This document shows, in pieces, positions 14,046-25,474 of a stretch of 64,000 bases of DNA. The translations under genes and the position numbers were made by a program. The stretch's first letter is position 1, and each line of letters begins with the position of its first letter. The notes below the pieces were generated by a model, which was not told the origin of the DNA, made no database searches, and saw only the letters and a list, made by a program, of their open reading frames with translations. Origin of the DNA: Octopus sinensis (lineage: Eukaryota); NCBI RefSeq assembly GCF_006345805.1, contig NC_042999.1:32736001-32800000 (forward strand), read 5' to 3'.

Positions 14046-14482
14046 GTTAGGTTGTCGAGAAAGTTGTTGCGGTTTTTAAACTTTAAATTCAGATGCACAT
14101 ATCTCGTCTTCAACACAACTATGTTACTCGGAATAAACACCATCAGAATCAACACAATTTTGCCAACGCGAAACAAGTTTATTTATGCCGCCAGTGGCCT
14201 AAGCATCCTGCGTTCTGGTGTTGATGAAGTCATTGAAGGCATGTTTGGCATCACTATGGTTTTTGAAGCATTTCTCACGCAGGAATTTGCCGAGATGCTT
14301 CAAAAAGTGGTAGTCGGTAAGCAAGAGGTCTGGTGAGTATGGTGGATGATGCAGAGTTTCGTAGCCCAATTCGTTCAACTTCTACAGGGTCAGTTGTGCG
14401 ACGTGCGGCTGAGCGTTGTAGTGGAGAAGAATTGGTCCTTTTCTATTGACCTATTCTGGCTGTTCTCGGAGTTTCTTATGCA
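14046..14482 (-). mobile_element. Mariner transposase 3' fragment with TIR
   Basis: Minus-strand translation NRKGPILLHYNAQPH...LGYETLHHPPYSPDLLLTDYHFLKHL...INKLVSRWQNCVDSDG; TIR-like TTAGGTTGTCGAGAAAGTT at ~14047. Confidence 0.85.
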
Positions 14483-15289
14483 TGGAAAATGGAATGCTCC
14501 TACACTGCTATAGAGAATCATCTTCACTTGATGGCAAAGGTTCAGAAGTATGGAACATGGTTAAATGACAACAAAAATCAACGAGCCACAATCTTCGCTG
14601 GATTGCTTGCTTGTCACTTCTCAACTCATCGACACAAGCAACGATTCCTTTACAGAATCGTTACTGACAACGGCAAATTGTGCCTGTACATCAATATGAA
14701 GCAGCATAAGGAATGGCTTCGACCCGGTAAACAAGAGATCCACGTGTGAAACAAGATCTTCATCCGCGTAAAACGATGTTGTGTATATGGTGGGACTGCG
14801 AAGGGATGATCCATTACGAATTGCTTGAACAGAACCAAACGGTCAACGAGGAACTATGTTCAACAGATGGAACGGCTCAACACGGCAGTTCAAGAGAAAA
14901 GGTCTAATCGGCAGCATGCTGCACGACAACGCCCTCCCTCATATCGCCAATATGACCAAGGAAGCCATTCGAACGCGTAGCTGAGAAGTGCTGCCACACC
15001 CGCCGTGCTCTCCTGATTTGGCACCAACGGATTTCTACCTCTTTCGATCTCTTGCAAATGCTACGCGCGGAATTTCGTTCAATGCTTATGCAGAATTGAC
15101 AGCTTGGTTGGATTAACTTTTCGAGTGGAAATCGGGTGATTTCTACCAACGAGGTATCGAAAATCTTGTCGAACGTTGAGTACAAGTTCTAAACAACAAG
15201 GGTGAATACATTATTGATTAATGGTTATCTTTAATTAAACCTTAAATAAAAATTAATTTTAAAACACTGCGCGAACGTAGTTGCCACAC

Positions 15290-15290
<1 letters not shown>
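14483..15290 (+). mobile_element. Mariner transposase 3' two-thirds (different family), pseudogenised
   Basis: RFLYRIVTDN...KTMLCIWWDCEGMIHYELL...LHDNA...LPHPPCSPDLAPTDFYLFRSL...GIENLVER; TIR-like end at ~15260-15290. Confidence 0.85.
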
Positions 15291-15370
<80 letters not shown>

Positions 15371-16010
15371 GTTTATATTCTGTTAAGGACGTGGTAGAGT
15401 ACAGTATAATGCCCGTCCCCCTTCAGAATTACCCAGTACTATCGGTAGTATTATTACATACTACTAATTTTAAACTTGGGCATTCGCCGTGTGTGATAAT
15501 AGAAGTCAAGAAGGACTACGGTTGGACATTTTAATTATTCACTACAATTGTTTCGACGCAACGTTGTTCTCCAAGAATACAAGTATTTGTTTATGCATTT
15601 ATTTGTTTGCATAATGAGATATTGTTGTGTTTCCTCAGGCGATATACGAGTGTTGTCTTCGTTAGTTTATAATCATCGACTTCATGGTCATCTCTTTTCG
15701 TCGTGGTTTCAATTTAGTAGCAGCTATTAGACAAATGTTGTGTACTGTGACAGCACGTTTGTCGAACTGCTATGAATACCGTCTGACATTTAAATGGTAT
15801 TGATCTTCTATTTGGTTGCATCTTTGATTTGTTCTTCATGGTTGGTTACACGTGTGAATTTCTTAAGCTGACCTTTAGTATTCAGTGGTCGGATGCATAC
15901 TCACATATACACAAAGACGCACGCACACTCTCGCACAAACCTATATATATGCCTACATACACACGTACATGTACTCTTTAATTATATATATACGTACATA
16001 TATATATATT

Positions 16011-16058
<48 letters not shown>

Positions 16059-16085
16059 CACATAAATATATTTACGGACATATAT

Positions 16086-16118
<33 letters not shown>

Positions 16119-16119
<1 letters not shown>

Positions 16120-16291
16120 AGAAGAAAATGTATAGCAAGAATAAATGTCAGCCTGAAGTTGATATATATATATTTGAAAACCCACTAGAATGGGAGCAAG
16201 CGCTAATCCGAATGATATGATATATATGTAAAAAATGTAATATATAAATAAATATCTACAAATATGAACCATCTGATCTGATTACCTCAAT

Positions 16292-16335
<44 letters not shown>

Positions 16336-16727
16336 AAAATCCCTATACGAATGTATATATTCATGTATGTAAATATAAGGGAGAGGTATACATAAACCAA
16401 GATGGTGTTCTATATATTTGATATTTCTAACGAACATTTATACTATCGATTGTCTAGATCGATGGATAATAACAAGCTATTGAATACAATTTATAAGATA
16501 TATATGATAATATCAATGAAAAACTGCATCATATGTCAGTATTGAACTATATCAACCCCTTCTGAAGAAACGATGTTTGGTTGATAAAAGCGAATATTTT
16601 TTGATAGATTTTATTTCATAATTTTCTATTCTTTATCGATCTAGATAATCTATGTCAGAAATTTATATGAAGTAAAAGAAATATCAACTTCAGGCTGACA
16701 TTTATTCTTGCTATACATTTTCTTCTT
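16119..16727. repeat. Perfect 47-bp inverted repeat (16119-16165 / 16681-16727)
   Basis: AAGAAGAAAATGTATAGCAAGAATAAATGTCAGCCTGAAGTTGATAT and its exact reverse complement. Confidence 0.9.
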
Positions 16728-17865
16728 TATCTGGCTTTATTGGTTGCCCGATCTGTTAGCAGTCATATACCACAGAGGATATAACATGGATTACATCAAT
16801 AGGCACTGCTCATATATATACACAAATTTTGGGGATGTAATTTCCTCGCAAGGGATTTTTAATAGCATTATCCAGATGCCCTTATTTATTTGCATTTCTC
16901 AATCTAATCCTTTGAGTATTACTCCGCTCACGATAAGTTTCAAGTCTCTTTATCCCATCTTCCTCCCATAAACATTTACAAATATATTATAAATATATGT
17001 TTCAAATGCATTTGATGTTTTAGCAACATTTCAACGATCAATATTAGCTAAAGTCCAACGATCAATATTTTATTGCATGCAATCTGCGGTCTAGAAAGCT
17101 GTTATTTAAGTTTGAAGATTTCAAAACCGTCCTCAAATTAGTTATTTCGTAATACAAGACCAGAAAATGTCTTGCTTTTCCCTGAATATACCCGGCAATA
17201 TATAATATATTATATCTATAATCGTTCGAAAGTTGATTACTCCAACATACTGTCGGATTGAAACATGCGCAAAATATTTTCGTATATTTTGTTTGTTTTG
17301 TTGAGCCGGTTCCTTTTATATTTATTCTTAGAGGTATCGTTTTTACTTTGCCTTACTTTACCATTGTGAAACAAATAAAATGAACCGAGCATCTGTTATA
17401 TTTTCCTTCTCCACTTTCTTTTCTTAACCTTGTATATATATATATATATATATATATTTGAAAAGAGGCTAAGAATACATGCAGATCAAAAGTTATTCTT
17501 AAAATGTAAATGTAAAGGTGGAAACAAGCTGAATGTATCTTTCGAGATTGTTTTATTGATTAATTTAAAAAATATATTACCAGTTTTTGTGTGCATGCCT
17601 ACCATTATCAAATATTAAGAATTGAAAGTAAAAAATTAACGAAAAAAAAATATTATCCTCATTTTGGTAAATTTCACGACCTATTTAGAATTTTAACTTA
17701 GAGTCTCTTGTAATATATGTTGTCTATGTAGGAGTCTGGAATGGCGTTCAAGGGCTAAAGTTTCACAAATCCTATTAATCATAGGATGTATATACTCTTT
17801 TGAATTGAATAGCAAGCTTTATTCAGAGCATAGATAGTTAGGTATGTGTATATGCGTGCGCGCAA

Positions 17866-17919
<54 letters not shown>

Positions 17920-18353
17920 GTGTATGGGTGTGTGTGTGTGTCTATATTTCGTTTTTGTTTTGGTATGTGCTGATTTGGGGAACGAGTTATATCTATGTCA
18001 AATCATGTTTTATTATTTTTTTATTGAGAAAATTGTCAGATACATTTGTACTGCGTTTTTGTTTGTTTCTATGTTTGCATCTCTGATGTTATTTTTAATC
18101 TTTTATATAAATGAAGATATTTCCTTCGTTTTGATGCTTTTCTTTCAACAAAGAAAAGATAAATAAAAATGCCGGAAGTGTTATTTTAACGAGTTGTATT
18201 TATTTAGCACTGAAGGAGATACATCTGCACAACCGGATGTTCCTGAACAAGTTATTAAGTGTCGCGCTCATGACGGTTCGATGCTAGATTTTTCGAAACA
18301 ATTGTCGTGATGAATAATAAAAATTCTCGTATAATCGCCATTAATAAAAATAT

Positions 18354-18406
<53 letters not shown>

Positions 18407-18629
18407 ATATATATATACATATATATGTGTATGTATATGTATATTTATAGATATAGATATAGTTATATACATATATATAGACATATATATATATATATAC
18501 ACACATATATATATATATATATATATAGATAAAAATGGTAAGATAACAAAAGAAAAAAAGAGACCTCGATATTATATAAAAGGAGGAATTTATCTGTAAA
18601 TTTAATATGAGACAATTATTCGGTAGCCA

Positions 18630-18680
18630 TGATAAAACTCCGAGTTTCGGATGCAGAGGTGGAAATCTCTTCAGTTATCA
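18630..18680 (-). ncRNA. Type I hammerhead ribozyme candidate (Penelope-type)
   Basis: Minus strand reads TGATAA CTGAAGA GAT-TTCCACCTCTGC-ATC C GAA ACTC G GAGT T TTATCA: 6-bp stem I, intact core, near-palindromic stem III, GUU triplet. Confidence 0.7.
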
Positions 18681-19473
18681 AGCCATCGGAAAAATGCTAT
18701 GAAAAATGACCGTTATACAAAAGAAAATTACTGTGTCATTGACCCTTATTAAGAGAAAAGTGCTATTCGAATGACCTCTATATAAGGGGGTAAAAAATGT
18801 CATAGTATTCGCGTAAGCGCGCCTGTTCATACCTACACATGTTCATCCCCACACCCACGTACGTGCGCCTAAAGTATGCATTCCTCCACCCTCACTTGAA
18901 AACATACACATGCTCACTCTCATCTTTCGCCAAATATTTATGTATATACATACATACAAACTCGCACACACACGTACACCATAAATTATCATTGTCGTTG
19001 TTTTCACATGATGGTTACTATTTAATACCCTTGATTATATAATTGTTCAGTTTATTAGATGAAATAATATAACATATATATTGTGAAACTATCTAAACTT
19101 TAAATAATAAATACAAAATGCAAAAAATATGAAAGAGCCTCAACTTTATCGCAGGCGATTCACTCGTATAATATAAATTATTGATAAACGAAACAGATGA
19201 TAAGATCAATTTAATTTCTACTTATTTAACTCATTTTGTAAGTGTATCAGTGTATGGACATATATTTATAAATATTCCATATTCATTACGCATGTATAAG
19301 CAAGTATCTCTCACTTTCTCTCTTTCTCTTTCTCTCCCTCTCTCTCTCTCTTTATTCATATGTATATATAGATATATATAAATAATTAAATATGGGTAAA
19401 AATCGATATTAATCAATTAAAACCAGTGGCCTAGCATATTTTAAAAAAAATCTGAAGATTAAAAATTATTTTA

Positions 19474-19753
19474 CATACAAAATTTAGAGGACTGACCACT
19501 AAAAATGGACAGCCTATATGCTAGATATAGACGTCAAAATCGCCATTTTCCAAAAATAATATTTTGTCAAGAAAAACGATTAATCGTTTTTTTTTTTATT
19601 TCGTATATTTTCATTGTCTTGCATATTTTTACACTTTGGCTTTTGCTGAGTTTTTTCTTGAAAACACATTTTCGTGGAAAATGGCGATTTTGACGTCTAC
19701 ATCTAGCGTATAGGCAGTCTATTTTTAGTGATCAGTCCTCTAAATTTTGTGTA
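19474..19753. mobile_element. MITE-like element with ~75-80-bp terminal inverted repeats
   Basis: CAAAATTTAGAGGACTGACCACTAAAAATGGACAGCCTATATGCTAGATATAGACGTCAAAATCGCCATTTTCCA and a near-exact reverse complement at ~19675-19750. Confidence 0.8.
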
Positions 19754-19764
19754 CATACACACAT

Positions 19765-19827
<63 letters not shown>

Positions 19828-20139
19828 TATGTATGTATGTATATTCTTGTATGAGGAGATTGGGAGCGATCTTTTTAGGTAGTCTGTTTTGTTTTTATGT
19901 GTGAATGTATACATACAATGTGACTCTATGTCAATATGTGTCTATATACGTGCATGTGTATATACAGGGTCGTAAATTTATATATTTGAGTAGGTCATAT
20001 ATATATATATATATGACCATCTCATCATATATTTGAGTTGGTGCGTGCGTGCATTTGCATATACCGATACATTAGAGACATTTTATGTTATCTAATATAA
20101 TCTTGAACATGTTTATGATCTCTTGTCTTCGTACACGGG

Positions 20140-20570
20140 CTTAGGCAAGTGGGGTAAATCTCATAATACTGAGTGTCCACCCTGTCTCGGCGGGCAGTCA
20201 CTGGAACATGCTTTGAGTTCTGCAGGGTAGTTGCAACCAAAGGAGGCTTTAAATGGAAGTACAATCAAGTGCTTAAGGAGATTGCACACGTGATAAGTAC
20301 AGCTATAGTAAAACCAGAGACTCCAGTAATATTTTGCGCAATAAGTCATATCCAAGAAAGGTTATCCATACCAGACACGGGAACGTAGTCTCATTGATGG
20401 TACTGATGGCTAGGGGTGCACAGCAGAACTGCCTGCAGCAAAACAGCAAGAAAACATCAGGAAGTGTGGCTGGATGCCGGATATCACACTCCATTCTAGT
20501 TCATCAAAGCAAATAATAGAGGTTAATTCACCGAGCCGTTTCAAAGTGGATTAAAAAGGAATCACACTTG
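20140..20570 (+). mobile_element. Hero/R2-group (RLE) LINE C-terminal remnant, internally deleted
   Basis: ECPPCLGGQSLEHALSS(fs)CRVVATKGGFKWKYNQVLKEIAHVIS resembles the CCHC knuckle plus WRHNQVL motif of RLE-type LINEs. Confidence 0.65.
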
Positions 20571-22889
20571 TTGAAGATCGGAAAACAAGCCCTTCTGACC
20601 AGCAGCCTGAGGGAAGCCAAGTACTGGCTCAAAGCTCTTACCATATACGTTTCAACCAGAGGTTGTGTGGAATAATCTGCTTATGATTTAATGAAACGAC
20701 TCCGAGTCTCCAGGAAGAACAGAACTAAAACCATAAGGGAAATCCCGGACGACAAGGTGGGTCTGTCTCAAACAGATAGTAATTTAATAAATCACAAAAG
20801 GCTACGTGGAGAGCGCATGCAGATCATATTGTTACATCAAATGTGGGGTGTAATATTCTCCGTTTTACATATTTTCCATACTGTGGATGCTACAATTATT
20901 CTATGAATATAGTTTGTCTGATTTTATGTGTTTAATCTCTTTGAGAACACGTACTGATATATAGTATTAGATTAAATATATCATATTACGAAAATCAAAT
21001 TATTCCAGCTGTATTTCCTATATACTCTGCGCAGATTCTTTATAGTTAAACAATCGAAACACTTTAACTTTCAAATATTGGATTGCGCGCCTGTTTATAA
21101 AAAAAGTTAATAATATTAAATTAATGATTTATCTTATTGTAAATAACTTCAATATGTCTCTATATTGTAAAGTCAGATTGCTTTGTTGTAACAGTAGCAT
21201 AATATGTGTCTCTATTGCAGCGTATATATTTATCAGTTTAATTCATAACACAATATTGATCGTCTCCACTTATTGGGAAAAGAAAGATTTTATTTCATCC
21301 TGCAATATAATGTGGAGACAATTCAAAATTAAATGCTTTTCTTTTTTTTTTCTTTTAGAAAACAATATTTTTGTGACAAACACAAACACACCCACAGATA
21401 AAAAAAAAATCTTCGTAGCTATAAAATTTGTCCATCTCTATCGTAAAACACTCAATATATCTAACATGTATCCAAAAAAGAAATGATATATAAAAGATAC
21501 ACTGCCCAAGATACGAAGCCAAACTTTGATTTTTCAATTTGTGTGTTTGTTTTATCCAAACATATAATGAATGGAAACATATAATGAATAGAAATATAAA
21601 CACACTTCTTGGAATGTATGAATAGTAAGATTGCATCTGCCATTGCTTTGGTTCTAGCAAGTATATACAGCATTAAATGCTGTATATTGCATCGATTTAG
21701 TAAGTGCAGGGTACACGTTTTCGTAACTATGTACGATTGTGAACGAAACCGTATATGGTGTCTGAAATAAATGAATTCTAAACATTTGTTGTAAAGGTTA
21801 AACTGCCAACCATATCTTTCCAGAATATCTTACAAGAACAAAGTTACACTGAGCCGTGTACTTGACAAAATATATCTATCAATGGCGTTTCTCAGAATGA
21901 TATTGATTTAAGTTTTCTGAATCTGGGCTGAAGTAAAGGAAATGAACAACAGCATCTTTAACATTTTAGATAATTAACTCAGAACTGTACAACGTTTGTG
22001 TCTGTGCGCCAGAATGTCTGCCTCCTCGCTATAATATAAGTACAGCAACACATAAAATACAAGGTATGCCCGAAATAAAGACATGTGATTGATAAAATGT
22101 CTTGACTACAACGTTTACATTATTTACAGTGGACAGGTTGATACAAAGTTTGTGTTGCTCCAGGGAGAGGTAGCATAAAATGGATAGATAAACAATTACT
22201 AAAATATCATTATTCGTATACAATTAGTACAAAACAGGGATACGTACAGAGGAAAAAGAACCATTTCAGTACTGAACATTACGTCTGTAACCTTTCCAGC
22301 ATATAAATGTGTTTATATTTCCACTCAGTATACGTTGGAATAAAACAAACACACAAACGGAAAACGTAAAATTTGGTTCAATATTTTGAATATTGTATTT
22401 CCTATATCTGTCAGTTCTATTTTGAATACAGTCTACATTTCTTGAATGTCTATCCAAAGCGCTGATAAATTTTATCGTTCCGAAGATATTAAATTATTCT
22501 TATCTGTTGATGTGATTTTTCCGTTGTCAAAAACATACTGTTTTCAAAGCAATTTTAGAAAACATTTAATTTCAAATTGTCTCAATGATATTGCAGACGG
22601 CAAAAATAATTCACCGATTATTTTTCTTTCTCTGCTGTCAAGAAAACTGAATATTAATTATAGGTCTCTTGATATACAAAATATGAAAATGAAACCCATT
22701 TATTACTTTTTCTTCAGGATTTTATGATTATGTATTCATAGACTTTCATTACATTTCCTTCCCAAAAATCAGCTGATATGTAACAAGACAAAACATACTA
22801 ACATACATGTTTTGCGAAAGCTCTACTAGAAAAGTTAGAAAACTCGTAAACTTTCTACAAATTAAATCATTGTTTATGCCTAATTTCCA

Positions 22890-23620
22890 ACGAATTTACA
22901 TTTAGATTATTTTCTTGACTGCTGAAGCAGAAGAACATCGCGAGCCAAGTTCCAGAGATAGTTCGCATTAATTTAAAAGTCGCAACTGTCTTAATACGTC
23001 TGAGCTTATATGATGATGAAAGCTTTCATACCGTTTTTCAGTTGTGTGACCAAGAGTTTCAGGGAATTTATCAACTTGAATTTGATGCTTTATGCTCATA
23101 TTTGCTCCAAACTGTTTGACGTTCATCAGCATGTTCTTCACTGTTTTGTTGCTTTCTTGTTGACCAGAACGTAATTTACAACAATTACAACTGAATTACA
23201 TGCTTCTGCGTTGATTTCATTAATTTAACTCTCAAGGTTCCCATCTTCTATTAGTCATCTGGTTTAGGACCTAACAAATACACCAGTTTTTATCATCTCA
23301 GACCGGCAAATACGCTGCATGGTCCATCTTTAAGGACGGTCCATAAATATGGATATGGCATCTACTGGTTGTACTAAAGTCTCTTCAATGAAAATACCCT
23401 AGAACTAATGTACGCTGCGGCCATACTTTGATAACCCAATATTTTCCCTAGCTCTGGTGCCCCACATGGATGCTTGGTAGGTCCACTTTGTTGTCTGATG
23501 AGAAAATTGTTCATCTTAAAATCCAGGCATTTCACCAACTGAAGATTGAAGGTTTTCGTTACCTCGAAATCGAAAGGTGACGGTGAAAAGTGGATTACAG
23601 TTCAACGTATCAAAGATCAT
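22890..23620 (-). mobile_element. Chapaev3-like DNA transposase remnant
   Basis: Frameshifted minus-strand pieces DLKMNNFLIRQQSGPTKHPC, YWVIKVWPQR, NMLMNVKQFGANMSIK..DKFPETLG and NYLWNLARD; homologous to the 61.0-61.5 kb remnant. Family name is from recall. Confidence 0.6.
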
Positions 23621-24504
23621 TCCATCTCCGTAAAAATGTCCTTACAACAAAATATCAAGTTTTTGTATTATGTAAGAAAAGAGCTGAATAATCCGAACGA
23701 GTTCTATTGTATAACTGTGAAATTGCTTCTAAAATAAAGAAATCCTAATATACATACCCGAAATGTATCTGTGAAAACTAGGCATTGAAGTTTCTGCATT
23801 CGCGGATGCAAATTAAAGGGTAGGGTAGCAATGTGTTTGCGCCGAAAATTACTTCTTTCTAATCACTAATGTTTGCACTTCTCTCCTACTTCAAATTTAT
23901 TTTTCTAATTCGAATGAATACCAGATGTATTTTCCTCTTTTGGACCATACACCCAGATATTATTCATATACATAATAAAATGTAGTAATTTGTACATTCC
24001 TAACTAGCATGTTCATATATCTGCCTATCTTGTTTATAAAATTAGCTATCTACGTGTATGTCTGTCTGCCAATAGATCTCTCTCTCTCCCTTTCTCTCTC
24101 TCTCTCTCCCTTTCTCTCTCTCTCTCCCTTTCTCTCTCTCTCCCTTTCTCTCTCTCTCTCTCTTTCTCTCTAACTATCAATTTATATCCATCATTCTGTC
24201 TACATATGAGCGTGTGTGTGTGTGCAATTCATTTCTGTACTACATCAGCTAGTTTTATCTTTTATAGCTACTGCCCTATATATACTGTTTATGTAAAGCT
24301 ATATATCCAAATAAAGCTGCTTTTCAAACACTGTCAAAGTTCTGCAAAATGTCGCAGCCCTGAGATTCACAATTTGAATGTTTTAATTTTGGCATTTCAG
24401 CCAAAATTATTTTACGGTGACGCAATTTATATATACTTGCATAGTAATAATGTATATGTGCTCTGCTGTGCAAGCATGGTATACACACACACACATATAT
24501 ATAT

Positions 24505-24564
<60 letters not shown>

Positions 24565-25425
24565 CTCTGAACATGGTATTGCTTAACTTAAACTAAAACT
24601 TCGCGGATCAAGCATAGCATGCCTCAAAATTTTGAAAATGTATATGAAGGGTAAAACATTATCCTGAATAAATTATAAGATACGGTACATTAACTCAGAA
24701 GTGAAACATAAGCATGAAGCAAATATTCTCCAGAAGAATATTTTCTAATAATTTAACTTATCAAACACAAACTATGAAATCATTTATTTTAGTATTTCCT
24801 ACTCTCAGTAGATCATAATTAAATCTACCTTTCCACTTCAACTGCAGCATTGTTCGGTTTCCACAATTTTCCTTGCACTTTTATGAGCTTAGTTAATTAA
24901 AAATATTTTCCCACCTTACCTTGTTTCTTTTTTCTTCCTGCCAGTTTACCTTTTCTACAGGCAACAATGTATTTTAGTTGGTAAATATATTAATAAATTT
25001 ACCCTGAACAATATTTAATAAATTTACATATGAAATTATAATTTTATGTAAAATTCCATGATAATCAAATTCATGAGTAAAACAAGATTAGATTAAATGT
25101 ATATCTAAATAAATCTAATGCAGTTAATATTGAAGTAGAAGTATTTCAACAAGTGAAGTGAGAGAGAGACATGGACGTATGAAGGGACGTCAGTGGAACG
25201 GAAGAATAAATAATGATAAACCCGATGCTGAGTGAGCAAATGATCAAGAAGCTGTTTAATGACACTTTGAAAGACACAGGCAATGAAGCCATAGAAACGT
25301 TTGCAATATTTTCTCCTGAAATTAATATTACTCGGTATGCATAAACAATTATTCATTACTACCTGAATTAGCCGGCGTTGCCCAGGTTACTGTTGCTCTT
25401 ATTCAGATTACTATATATATTATAT

Positions 25426-25474
<49 letters not shown>

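Noticed and set aside
22095-22200. GPCR TM3-like string TTFTLFTVDRLI
   Set aside because: Surrounded by stops, other helices are not convincing, and the adjacent duplicated block shows no codon-position bias.
23031-23190. Apparent minus-strand exon with AG/GT boundaries and an open frame
   Set aside because: The peptide belongs to the Chapaev3-like transposase remnant.
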